Source: Candidatus Latescibacterota bacterium
GTDB lineage: Bacteria; Latescibacterota; UBA2968
Direction of reading: 5' to 3'
DNA: 64,000 bases
Assembly: GCA_965208125.1 (NCBI GenBank)
Contig: OZ242320.1
Span: 2,464,001-2,528,000 of the forward strand
Shown here: positions 27,773 to 37,280 of the stretch, piece after piece
How positions within the stretch are numbered: position 1 is the stretch's first letter
How the letters are laid out: each line of letters starts with the position of its first letter
The notes under the pieces: generated by a model
Told to the model about the DNA's origin: nothing
Databases searched by the model: none
What the model saw: the letters and a program-made list of their open reading frames with translations, nothing else
Made by a program: the position numbers and the translations under genes

Positions 27773-28573
27773 TTATCCGGCGATTACGGGATGCAGGGGG
27801 TGATCCCAGGGTTTGCCGATTTCCATTTCGTCTTGCGCGCCCGCTGCGTCATTTTTGCCGGTGAAGAGGACGTAGTCGGGAATGTAGATGATGGCGAATG
27901 CGCGGCGGGGTTTGTCGCTGAGGTTTGGTCCCGCATAGTGGAAATTGCATCCGTGGTGGAAGGTGACGCCGCCGGCTGGCAGTTCTATGGTTTCCGGTTC
28001 GGCGACTTTGTGGCCGCGTTCTTTCATTTTTTGGACGATGCTTTCGCCCTGAATGGTCAGGCTCACGCTTTCTTGTTTGCCGAATTTGTGGCTTCCGGGG
28101 ACGAAGTGCATGCAGCCGTTTTTGACATAGACATCATCGATTGCGATCCAGGCGGAGAGTGCGCCCGGGCGATCCATGCCAGACCAGTATGGGAAGTCCT
28201 GGTGCCAGTTGGTTTCCCGGCTTTTGACGCCGGGTGGTTTTATGAGTGCGTGGTCGTGATAGATGCGGATCTGTTTGGCTTGTGATAGCCGGCGAGCGGA
28301 TTCTGCGAGGCGTTTGTGCAGGGCGATTTTTCGCGCGCCTGCATAGTCGGTCCAGAGGTTGACCATTTGATTGAATACGAGTTCGTATTCGGGTCTGCCT
28401 CGTCCCGCGTTTTCTGCGCCTTTGATTCTGGCGCGGTTGATTGCTACGGCGTGGTCGAGCGCGTCTGCCAGTTCCCGGAGGTCTTCGGGCGTGAAGAAGT
28501 TGGGATAGCTGATGAATCCCTTTTTTTCATATTGCGCGATGTCTTCAGGGGTTGTGGGGCAGTCTGTGGTCAT
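27773..28573 (-). CDS. PhyH family dioxygenase
   Basis: KPP..WHQD, NGCMHFVPGSH, FHH..FHYAGPNLSDKPRR. Confidence 0.92.
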   Translation of the reverse strand: MTTDCPTTPEDIAQYEKKGFISYPNFFTPEDLRELADALDHAVAINRARIKGAENAGRGRPEYELVFNQMVNLWTDYAGARKIALHKRLAESARRLSQAKQIRIYHDHALIKPPGVKSRETNWHQDFPYWSGMDRPGALSAWIAIDDVYVKNGCMHFVPGSHKFGKQESVSLTIQGESIVQKMKERGHKVAEPETIELPAGGVTFHHGCNFHYAGPNLSDKPRRAFAIIYIPDYVLFTGKNDAAGAQDEMEIGKPWDHPLHPVIAG

Positions 28574-28589
28574 TGTTGTTCCTCCAGTA

Positions 28590-29609
28590 TTATTTTATTT
28601 CCGCTACTTCTACCATTTGTCCGCCGCGTTGTGCCGATAGATAGGCCGCATCGACGATTTGCATGGTGTGTAAATTTCCTCGCCCACTGTGCATGGGTTC
28701 TGTGCCGCGCCGGGCAGAGTCCATCAGGTGATTCATGCTTTCACCCATTGCGTGTGCAAAAGCCCCTTCGCGATTGAATTCGCGTGTTTCCTTTTTTCCG
28801 TTCAGGGGATGGATGTGCAATGTGGCTGTGTCGTCAAGTACAACTTTTTTGACGGATAGTGCCGAGCCTTTTGTGGCGTCTATGCGCAATCGACATTCCG
28901 ATAGGGTTAAGCCATGCCAGTTGGATATCATGGTGCCGACGACGCCATTTTCAAATTGTACTGTTAGACTGGTAAAGGTTTCGCCTTTGACGTCTGGATT
29001 CCAATGGCGGGTTACGGCTGATACGCTTTGGGGTGGGCTGCCAGCCAATGTGCGGATGCGGTCGATGAGGTGGATGCTAAAGATACTGATTTCCAGGCGT
29101 TGCTCCCGGCTTCGCCACCCGCGCACTCGCGTCCGATTTTTTAGTTCGTCGTGCGATATATAACGTACGTCGCCAATATCACCCGAATTGACGATGTTGC
29201 GCATTGCGACGACGTCTTCCATGAATCCCAGTTGGTGGTTTACCGCCAGGGTTACGCCTGCTTTTTCCGCTGCTTCGACAAAGGAGACTGCATCGCACAA
29301 TGTTTCGCCGAATGGTTTTTCGACAAGGAGATGGATTCCTTTTTCAATTGCGGGGAAGATTACGTCATGGCGCACAGCAGGGGGTGTTAACAGGCTGATG
29401 ACATCGACTTCTCCCGATGCGATCATTTCCGCCGCATTTGTAAAGCGATTGGGTATGTCGTATTGGTCACAATATCCATTCAGTTGCTCTTTGTCTATAT
29501 CGCATCCTGCGACGACTTCTCCCAGGTCGTGTGCGACTTTCCGATATCCCGCAATGTGCCGATGCGCTATCCCACCACACCCTACAATTCCTATCCGATA
29601 TCCGTTCAT
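28590..29609 (-). CDS. Gfo/Idh/MocA family oxidoreductase
   Basis: IGIVGCGGIA, VEKP, IHLID. Confidence 0.9.
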   Translation of the reverse strand: MNGYRIGIVGCGGIAHRHIAGYRKVAHDLGEVVAGCDIDKEQLNGYCDQYDIPNRFTNAAEMIASGEVDVISLLTPPAVRHDVIFPAIEKGIHLLVEKPFGETLCDAVSFVEAAEKAGVTLAVNHQLGFMEDVVAMRNIVNSGDIGDVRYISHDELKNRTRVRGWRSREQRLEISIFSIHLIDRIRTLAGSPPQSVSAVTRHWNPDVKGETFTSLTVQFENGVVGTMISNWHGLTLSECRLRIDATKGSALSVKKVVLDDTATLHIHPLNGKKETREFNREGAFAHAMGESMNHLMDSARRGTEPMHSGRGNLHTMQIVDAAYLSAQRGGQMVEVAEIK

Positions 29610-29619
29610 AATGAATTCC

Positions 29620-31008
29620 TCATAATTCAGGTGCGCCGTGATTCCACGCGATATAAGACCGCGGACTCAGTTCGATCAGTTTGTCCAGTAAGCGTTTCTG
29701 CAATTTGGATTTTAATTCTGCTATATCCTGGCGGTCCCACAGGTTTTCTTTTTCCCACGGGTCATTTTTCAGGTCGTAGAGTTCGCCATAGGGTTTGTTC
29801 CAATAATGCCCTATTTTCCAACGCCGGGTGCGCAAGCACCGAATGCCCGATGCTTCCATGTACAATTCGTCCCGGTCGTCCAGGTCTTCCGCATAGGACC
29901 AATAATGCGAGAGGTCGCGTGATGCCATGTGTTCGGGCACTTCTGCGCCTGCTACGGTCAGACAGGTGGCTGCAATATCAATTGCCGAGATTAGAGATGA
30001 TTCTACTTTTCCGCGTACGCCGCCTTTGGGGGGTTTGATTACAAAGGGTATGCGCATGAGCACTTCCATTATGTTTTGCCCTTTTGCCATGAGTTGGAAG
30101 TCGCCCATGAAATCGCCGTGGTCGCTGGTGAAGAATATGAGGGTGTTGTCATAGGTGTCACTATTTTTTAATGCTTGTACGATTGCGCCGATTTTTTCAT
30201 CTATGAGTGTTACGTTTGCGTAATAAGCGTGCCTAAGTTTGCGTATTTCATCGTTTGTAAAAGGCTGTTGGCGCTCGGGGCCGCCGCGAAGTGAGTTGTG
30301 CGGCGGTTTTTGTGCCAGCATCTCAAAATTCGTTTCTGGCATGTCGATGTCTGCCGGGTCGTACAGGTCGGCCTGAGGAAGATTGCCACAGTCAATGGGG
30401 CCGTGTGGTCCTGGGAATGAGATCCAGCAAAACCAGGGGTGATCTTCGGGCATGCTGCTTTCAATCCATTCGCGGCCCCGGTCACCTACGTAGTGATCGA
30501 CGTGGTATTTTGGGTCCGCTTTCCATTCCGAATATCTTCTGATGTCGGGATTTCCCTGAATTAATTCACTGCGGTGCTTAAATCCAGAGTCCCATAGCCA
30601 CTGGTTATAGGAGTTGCGGTTTGGATTCTGAGGTGCGGGGCTGTGGCTGTCTATAATATCTTCGTAGTTATAACCCCGTTCAATTTTCGATTCGCCAAAG
30701 TGCTGTTTTCCAATTACTGCTGTGTAATATCCCGCTTCCTGTAGATAACTCATGAATGTCTTTTCGTGCGCTGGCAAATAGGTGATAAAGGTGGGTGCCG
30801 CGCACTGATGCGGATATTTCCCCGTGAATATTCCCGCCCGCGCAGGTACGCAGGATGGATTAGGCGTATATGCCCGGGTGAATAGAACGCCGTCATTGGC
30901 CAGGGCATCCAGATGCGGTGTTTTTACCGCGGGGTTTACACTTCCCAGATGGTCAAATCGCTGCTCATCGGTCATTATGAACAGGATATTTGGTCGGTTC
31001 TTGGCCAT
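29620..31008 (-). CDS. Sulfatase (Cys-type)
   Basis: RPNILFIMTDEQ, CVPARAGIFTG, GKQH, SDHGD. Confidence 0.92.
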   Translation of the reverse strand: MAKNRPNILFIMTDEQRFDHLGSVNPAVKTPHLDALANDGVLFTRAYTPNPSCVPARAGIFTGKYPHQCAAPTFITYLPAHEKTFMSYLQEAGYYTAVIGKQHFGESKIERGYNYEDIIDSHSPAPQNPNRNSYNQWLWDSGFKHRSELIQGNPDIRRYSEWKADPKYHVDHYVGDRGREWIESSMPEDHPWFCWISFPGPHGPIDCGNLPQADLYDPADIDMPETNFEMLAQKPPHNSLRGGPERQQPFTNDEIRKLRHAYYANVTLIDEKIGAIVQALKNSDTYDNTLIFFTSDHGDFMGDFQLMAKGQNIMEVLMRIPFVIKPPKGGVRGKVESSLISAIDIAATCLTVAGAEVPEHMASRDLSHYWSYAEDLDDRDELYMEASGIRCLRTRRWKIGHYWNKPYGELYDLKNDPWEKENLWDRQDIAELKSKLQKRLLDKLIELSPRSYIAWNHGAPEL

Positions 31009-31015
31009 GATTTTC

Positions 31016-31915
31016 TCACCTGACGACATTTTGACCGGCATATCGCTCTCTGAACAGGGTCTGGCGAATTGGGGGCATGGCGTTCAGGATGCGGGGATCG
31101 GGTCGCAATAGTCTGGCGTGACCGCCATCTACGAAGTTGTAGAGGTTGGCAATGGCAATGCGGTCGTTTTCTTCATTGGTCCACGGATGCGCGCTATGTG
31201 TTGTTGCTTCTGCGAAAAACAGGACTGAGCCTGCCGGACATGAATAGGTCGTCCAGATGCTGGAGTCGGGGTCTTGTATTTCGTCGGGCGCGGTGTACAC
31301 AGCTTTGTGGCTGCCCGTTACGAGGAGTGTGCCGCCCTGTTTGTGTTTGACGGGGTTCAATTCCCAGATCACGCGGGTATGCGGGCTGTTGGCTTTGCCG
31401 GGGAAGGCGTTGTAATAGTGCGCGTCGCCGGGCAGGCGATATAGTCCATTGCCATTGTGCGGACTAAACTGGCGGGCTTCTCTTTTGCCTTCATTTCGCC
31501 GATTGGGTGCGGTTCTATACCAGAGTCCATTGGCGGCCAGACTGAATCCATAACAGTTGGGGCTTGATAAGCGGGGATTGGCCATGAATTCGTTTAACAT
31601 GCCGACTACGAGAGGGTGATCTATCAATTTCTGTGTGGGACCTGCCAGTGGGGTGCGTTCGTGTTCGGGGAGCGATTGGGGATCGAAGTGCAGTTGAATA
31701 CAATATTCCCGCATTTCTTTGATGTCCTGTTCGCTCAATACGCCGGGGACTAAGAGCCACCCGTCTTTGTCGAACCGGTATTTCTGCTCTGCGGTCGGTT
31801 CGATGATGTCTAATCCGTCGCCATTTTTCTTTGCCAATGTATCTGAGTAGTCGTCCATTGGGCTGCCCAGATTTTTGTCGATGATATAAGGTGTTACTGT
31901 TCCGTTGCTGTCCAT
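31016..31915 (-). CDS. PhyH family dioxygenase with HxG metal motif
   Basis: QKYRFDKDGWL, FSPHNG, VTGSHK, THSAHPW; AGGAG RBS before MDSNG; paralog of the next gene. Confidence 0.82.
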   Translation of the reverse strand: MDSNGTVTPYIIDKNLGSPMDDYSDTLAKKNGDGLDIIEPTAEQKYRFDKDGWLLVPGVLSEQDIKEMREYCIQLHFDPQSLPEHERTPLAGPTQKLIDHPLVVGMLNEFMANPRLSSPNCYGFSLAANGLWYRTAPNRRNEGKREARQFSPHNGNGLYRLPGDAHYYNAFPGKANSPHTRVIWELNPVKHKQGGTLLVTGSHKAVYTAPDEIQDPDSSIWTTYSCPAGSVLFFAEATTHSAHPWTNEENDRIAIANLYNFVDGGHARLLRPDPRILNAMPPIRQTLFRERYAGQNVVR

Positions 31916-31932
31916 GTTGGTCTCCTGTTCAA

Positions 31933-32844
31933 TTACCCGTCCATATACGCCGTTGTGCGCGGGAAGAATGTATCCACTTTTTCGTTGTACGGTTCGCTGA
32001 AGAGCGTTTGTCTGAGGGGTGGCATGGCTTCGATGAGTTTTTCGGGGGGCAACCACGAATGCCATCGGCTCGCGACGATATTGTAGAGGTTGAATACGGC
32101 GAGGCGATTGTTTTCGGTATTGGTCCAGGGATGTGCGCTGTGCGTGATTGCTTCGGTGAAGAATAACAGAGATCCGGGTGGGCAGCTATATGTTTCCCAC
32201 ATGGTTGATTCGGGGTCGCGGACGGTTTCGGGTGCTGGATAAGCGGCTTTGTGGCTGCCGCTTACAAATAATGTGCTGCCCTGCCCTTTTTTGACGGGGT
32301 TAAATTCCCATACGACGCGCGTTAGTCCGCTCCACGCTTTGCCGGGGATGCAACGGTAAAAGTGGGAGTCCCAGGGCATGCGAAACAGGCCATTGCCATT
32401 ATGTGGACTAAATCTTCCGGGTGTTTCAGCATCGCGGTAAAACAGGTGGGATGTTTCCAGTCTGAATCCGTATCGCTCGTCGTTGGCGAGTGGCGGATAT
32501 GCCACGAATTCGTTCATAAAGCCGACGATAACGGGGTGGTCGGCCAATTTTTGCAATGGTCCCCCAAGTGGACAGCGTTCGTGTTCGGGTATGCTTTCGG
32601 GGTCTTTGGCCAATCGCTCGGCAAAGGTCCGCATTTCGTCGCATTCGTCTTTTGAGAGTACGCCGGGGATCAAGAGCCACCCATTGCGATCAAAGTCGTA
32701 TTTTTGTTTTTCCGTTGGCAAGACTACTGGGAGACCATCCGCATTTTTTGGCGTGAGGTCTCTGGCGGATATCGCCATCGGGCTGCCCATGTTTTTGTTG
32801 ATTACAAAGGGTTCCGACCGGACGATTTTTTTTGTTTCTGCCAT
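31933..32844 (-). CDS. PhyH family dioxygenase with HxG metal motif
   Basis: QKYDFDRNGWL, FSPHNG, VSGSHK, THSAHPW; AGGAG RBS before MAETK. Confidence 0.82.
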   Translation of the reverse strand: MAETKKIVRSEPFVINKNMGSPMAISARDLTPKNADGLPVVLPTEKQKYDFDRNGWLLIPGVLSKDECDEMRTFAERLAKDPESIPEHERCPLGGPLQKLADHPVIVGFMNEFVAYPPLANDERYGFRLETSHLFYRDAETPGRFSPHNGNGLFRMPWDSHFYRCIPGKAWSGLTRVVWEFNPVKKGQGSTLFVSGSHKAAYPAPETVRDPESTMWETYSCPPGSLLFFTEAITHSAHPWTNTENNRLAVFNLYNIVASRWHSWLPPEKLIEAMPPLRQTLFSEPYNEKVDTFFPRTTAYMDG

Positions 32845-32866
32845 GAGAGACTCCTTTCTTTTGGCA

Positions 32867-34855
32867 TTATTCAATCACTACAATCTGATTCATTTCGACC
32901 TTGGGCACGGTAAATGATACGCGCCCGTTCGCTACTGCAAATTCAATGTCCTCGTTTTCGGGTGCGAGATATACGCGAGATATGTCGCGGTCCGCTTTCA
33001 GGGAGACTGCAATATTGTATAGCGGAATAATGTCTTCTATTACATTTGTATCGCCCCGTTTGATGGGGTTGGCGTACATGAGATGCAGGATTAGCCGGTT
33101 TCCTTCCTGGGGTTGACGGGTTATGTTTACGCGACCGCACGATGGCAGGGAGACCTGCAATAAGGGGTCGTCATAAAGCAGGTCAATACAGTTTTTTACC
33201 AGGTCGCGGTGCAATTGCATGCCCTGGTCGTCATAGACTCTGAAGATGGGTTGTGCGATGTGTATGATGTTGCCTTTGCGGATGACCGAGGGCCAACCCG
33301 CGTCGCCTTCATAAGGGGTGTTTCGGTGGGAGCAGAATTTTCCGTAGGTGCGGTTAAAATACGGTTTCCACGCGGTTGCGAGTATTTCGCCATCTGTCAC
33401 TTTTGTGGTTACGCCGGATTCATAGACGAGGAATGGGGTGCGTACCAAATTTGAGGCGATGGCGTCTCCGACGACTACGTATTCTATATCATTGGGCGAG
33501 GGTCCAGTATATTCCGCGCCGATGTCATACGCAAAACCATTTCCCGCAGGGTCCAGGCCGCTTTCGCCGGACGATAATAATTTTCCGCCATTTGCCAGAA
33601 AGGCGTCGATTTTTGCTTTTAGTGCGTTATCCACGCGCACGCTATCTGGTAGAATCAGTAGCTGGTAGGGGGATAGGTCCATTGTTTCGTCGAGCATTAA
33701 GAATGGGATGTGGTTTTCCATGAGCATGAGTCCGGCGCCGACTTCGCTGTCTTCCAGATCTCTGTTTTTGTGTACTCCCGAGGGTGCGAGGACCGCCACA
33801 TCTACCACGTGTTCGGCACCTTCCAGCCAGGGTTCGCGTTCTTCAACGCGTTTGTACGCTTCGCCTATGATGCGATAGGTTTCTTCGTCCATTTCACCTT
33901 CTGGATGGAGTTGATCGCCTACCATACAGCGGCAATTTAATGAGATGATTTGTCCTACTTCGTATTCCAATGCAACTGGATTTTTGAAGCCGCCAAATTC
34001 ACCCCACATGCGATGGAATTTGCCCGTTTGTGCGATTGCGTTGCAGTCGGGCAGATTTGTGAAGTAGCGCGCGTTTGTCGGGAAGTGGTTGTATCCCCAC
34101 ATGCCGGTTGGCAGGGATTCAATTTCGTGGTGCGACCAGTAGGGGTAGAGGTCATGGCGACCCTTTTTGTCGCTTCCGTTGTGATAAATTGTGGCGTCGG
34201 GATTTCGGCTCCAGATGATGTCCGTGGTTTTGGACAGATAATCTTTGTACACATCTTGTGAGTGGATAATCCGATCTCCAGCGTTGTTGGGGTCGAGTCC
34301 CTTTTCGTGCATGCTGGCGATACACCAATCACAGGTGCAGATTTCTTCCCCGGTGATGTCGAGAAATATGCCAGAGGGATTGTACATGTCCATTACTTCT
34401 GTCAGTACGGGCAGGACACTCGCGTCCAGATAAGGTGTGTTGCAACACAGGCGATACCATCCGCCGTGTGGCAGGGGGGTATGAGGGTGCATGGTTGGCC
34501 GTCCCACATAGCCCCCATCGGGTCGCCTGACGCGCCATTCGGGGTGTTCGCGGGCCGCTTTTTCCTGCCATTGTACGGTGATATAGACGGGCATGTTGAT
34601 GTCGGCTTTTTTGGCGGCGGCCTGCATGCGTCCAACGAGGTCGGTTTGCAGGTTGGGATGCCTCATATCCGTTTTTGTGGGGTAATAACACCAGCCGTGA
34701 TGACATTGTGCAAAGATGGTTACGGAATTGACGTGTCCTTTTTTCAGGGCGCCGATGAACTGGTCTTCGTCAAATTTGCCACCGACATTCGGGCAGTGTT
34801 CAGAGGTGTGAAAGTCCAGGTGTACCTGTCTGTAGCGGAGTTTGGCGTTTTTCAT
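32867..34855 (-). CDS. GH151-like alpha-L-fucosidase / GHL6 with beta-galactosidase trimerisation domain
   Basis: RQVHLDFHTSE, FAQCHHGW.YYPT, GIFLDI, EIESLPTG.WGY, GDQLHP. Confidence 0.8.
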   Translation of the reverse strand: MKNAKLRYRQVHLDFHTSEHCPNVGGKFDEDQFIGALKKGHVNSVTIFAQCHHGWCYYPTKTDMRHPNLQTDLVGRMQAAAKKADINMPVYITVQWQEKAAREHPEWRVRRPDGGYVGRPTMHPHTPLPHGGWYRLCCNTPYLDASVLPVLTEVMDMYNPSGIFLDITGEEICTCDWCIASMHEKGLDPNNAGDRIIHSQDVYKDYLSKTTDIIWSRNPDATIYHNGSDKKGRHDLYPYWSHHEIESLPTGMWGYNHFPTNARYFTNLPDCNAIAQTGKFHRMWGEFGGFKNPVALEYEVGQIISLNCRCMVGDQLHPEGEMDEETYRIIGEAYKRVEEREPWLEGAEHVVDVAVLAPSGVHKNRDLEDSEVGAGLMLMENHIPFLMLDETMDLSPYQLLILPDSVRVDNALKAKIDAFLANGGKLLSSGESGLDPAGNGFAYDIGAEYTGPSPNDIEYVVVGDAIASNLVRTPFLVYESGVTTKVTDGEILATAWKPYFNRTYGKFCSHRNTPYEGDAGWPSVIRKGNIIHIAQPIFRVYDDQGMQLHRDLVKNCIDLLYDDPLLQVSLPSCGRVNITRQPQEGNRLILHLMYANPIKRGDTNVIEDIIPLYNIAVSLKADRDISRVYLAPENEDIEFAVANGRVSFTVPKVEMNQIVVIE

Positions 34856-36318
34856 TGTTTTTCCTTTGCGGTATTGGCATCTATCGTTTGCAGTAATGCA
34901 TTCATTTGCTTGCGCGCCTGAGGTATGTTATCGCTGTTGAAGATCTGTTGTTCTATTTCGTCTGTTAAGCCCGCTTTTTCGCGTTCTTCTTGCAGCAAGG
35001 CTTTCATTTCGGATACTGTTGAGGCGTATTCAAGGTCTTCGGATACGTCCCGGGTTTCGCTGGGATCTTTTTGGGTGTCGAAGAGCTGGTAGTGGTCGTA
35101 GTTGTGGTTGTACCAGATGAGTTTGAAATTTTTGGTGCGTACGCCGCAATTTGCCAGTTCGCCGTCGGGGTGGATGTCGAAATGCTGGTAATAGAACGCG
35201 GTTCGCCAATCTTCTGGTGTGTGTCCTCTCAAGAGGGATACCAGGCTTCTTCCCTGGATGTCCGCGGGGATGGGATGCCCGGCGTATTCCAAAAAGGTCG
35301 GTGCATAGTCGAGGTTGATGACCATGTCATTTGTGTGGGTTCCCGCTGCGATTTTTCTGGGGTACCGGATCAAGAATGGTACCCGCAGGCTTTCTTCGTA
35401 CATCATTTTTTTATCGACCCAGCCGTGTTCGCCCTGAAACATCCCGTTGTCTGAGGTATATGCTACAATCGTATTTTCGACGAGGTCCTGTTCGTCGAGG
35501 TAGTCGAGGAGCCGCCCGATATTGTCATCTACCGATGCTACGCAGCGGAGGTAGTCTTTGATGAAGTACTGGTAGTTTCTGTGTTTTTGTTGCTGCATGG
35601 ATAACCCTTCGGGCATGGCGTCCCAGTGCGTGATATTCCATTGTTCGTGTACGGTTTCCAGCTTGACTTGCAATGCTTCGGGAGGTACCGGGCTGTCTCC
35701 AAAGTTGTGGTTAAATGTCTCTGGTTCGGGAATTGTTTCATCCTGGTACATTGTTTTGTGTTTTTCGTCCGGCTCCCAGTTGTAATGGGGGGACTTAAAA
35801 TGACACAGGAGCATGAAGGGTTTTTCGGGGTTTCGCCCTTTGAGCCAATTCAGGCATTTGTCGGTTACCAGGTCCGTCGAATATCCCCGGCTTTCTTTCC
35901 ATACGGGACCGTGTTCGCCGGGTTCGATAAATCTGGGGTCAAAATAAGAGCCTTGATTCCACATGACGCTGTAGTGATCAAAGCCCGTTGGTATGCTGTG
36001 CAGGTGCCATTTTCCGATGATTGCTGTTTGATATCCCGCGTTCTGTAATAGGCGGGGGAATGTTTGTTGTGTGCCGTCAAAGATATTTCCACCGATCGAT
36101 GTTTGCCCGTGGAGATGTGCGTATTTTCCGGTTAAGATGGAGGCGCGGCTGGGCGAGCACAAGGAGTAGGTTACGTAACAATTGTCCAGGCGCATTCCTC
36201 CGTTGGCAATGCGGTCCATGTTGGGGGTGTGGTTGATCTGGCTGCCATAGCAACTCAGGGCACCGGTTCCATGGTCGTCGGTCATGATGTAGAGGATGTT
36301 GGGGCGTTTATCAGGCAT
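34852..36318 (-). CDS. Sulfatase (Cys-type)
   Basis: RPNILYIMTDDH, CSPSRASILTGKY, GKWHL, YTSDNG..GEHGW.DKK.MYEESLR. Confidence 0.93.
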   Translation of the reverse strand: MPDKRPNILYIMTDDHGTGALSCYGSQINHTPNMDRIANGGMRLDNCYVTYSLCSPSRASILTGKYAHLHGQTSIGGNIFDGTQQTFPRLLQNAGYQTAIIGKWHLHSIPTGFDHYSVMWNQGSYFDPRFIEPGEHGPVWKESRGYSTDLVTDKCLNWLKGRNPEKPFMLLCHFKSPHYNWEPDEKHKTMYQDETIPEPETFNHNFGDSPVPPEALQVKLETVHEQWNITHWDAMPEGLSMQQQKHRNYQYFIKDYLRCVASVDDNIGRLLDYLDEQDLVENTIVAYTSDNGMFQGEHGWVDKKMMYEESLRVPFLIRYPRKIAAGTHTNDMVINLDYAPTFLEYAGHPIPADIQGRSLVSLLRGHTPEDWRTAFYYQHFDIHPDGELANCGVRTKNFKLIWYNHNYDHYQLFDTQKDPSETRDVSEDLEYASTVSEMKALLQEEREKAGLTDEIEQQIFNSDNIPQARKQMNALLQTIDANTAKEKQ

Positions 36319-37267
36319 TTTGTTTCCTTTTGATCTGAATGTCGTTTTCTGTCAGTGTTCGGCCCAGGGCATTATCCCAGTTCAGGTTTTCTTTTTTGGG
36401 CGTTGTTTGTACGGTTCCGGGCATTCCGCAGATGTACATTTCATGCGTGCCCCAGTGCTTCGTGTCTTCGGCGATCCTTTGCATGTTCCTGGTGTTGGTG
36501 TGCTGAATGGTTGCTTTCATATAGTGTACGATATAGGCTCGCCGAAATCTGTCTGATCTGTTGGGTGTGCTGCGGTGAAACAGGGCGTTGTTGAAAAATA
36601 CGAGTGCGCCCTTTGGTACTTCTACTGGTGTTGCTCGTTCTTCCATTTCGTCGGATACGGTCAATCTTTTTTGCAATAAATACTCATCGCTTTCGACCTG
36701 GCTGTGATCTACTACGCCCAGGCGGTGGCTGCCGGGGATTACCCATAAGCATCCGTTTTCTTCGTCTGCATCATCCAGTGCCAGCCAGGTTCCTATGGAG
36801 GCTTGCTCTATGGCGTCGCCTATGCTGCTAACGTACGTGTTTCGGAAGTACCAGGAGTCCTGGTGCCACGCGATGGGCCGCCCGGTGCCCGGGGGTTTGA
36901 AGAAGTACAGATCGTTGGGACAGAATAAATCCGATCCTACGATCTGGGTGACTGCGTCCAGTCGCCTCGGGTCGCGGATGTGGGATCGCACCAGTGCGCT
37001 GAACCGGTGAAGTCGCGTTATACTGTTTAACGATGCAGGCCCAGAAGTCGCTTCGGCTCCAATATTGCGTTTCAGAATTGCTTGTTTCTGTTTTTCTGGC
37101 AATACGTCTGAGGTTTCGATGAGTTCTACGAGGTCTTCGATTCTGTCGCGCAGTGCGTCGATTTCGTAGGGATCGAAGGCTTTTGGTCGGATGAAGAATC
37201 CGTCTTTTGCGTAAGCCTCGCGTTCTTCGGAGGTTAAGGCATGTGTTCTGGTGTCAATAGTTGCCAT
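36311..37267 (-). CDS. PhyH family dioxygenase
   Basis: FKPP...WHQD, ENGCLWVIPGSH, FHRSTPNRSDRFRR. Confidence 0.92.
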   Translation of the reverse strand: MATIDTRTHALTSEEREAYAKDGFFIRPKAFDPYEIDALRDRIEDLVELIETSDVLPEKQKQAILKRNIGAEATSGPASLNSITRLHRFSALVRSHIRDPRRLDAVTQIVGSDLFCPNDLYFFKPPGTGRPIAWHQDSWYFRNTYVSSIGDAIEQASIGTWLALDDADEENGCLWVIPGSHRLGVVDHSQVESDEYLLQKRLTVSDEMEERATPVEVPKGALVFFNNALFHRSTPNRSDRFRRAYIVHYMKATIQHTNTRNMQRIAEDTKHWGTHEMYICGMPGTVQTTPKKENLNWDNALGRTLTENDIQIKRKQNA

Positions 37268-37280
37268 TAAATAGTTCCTT

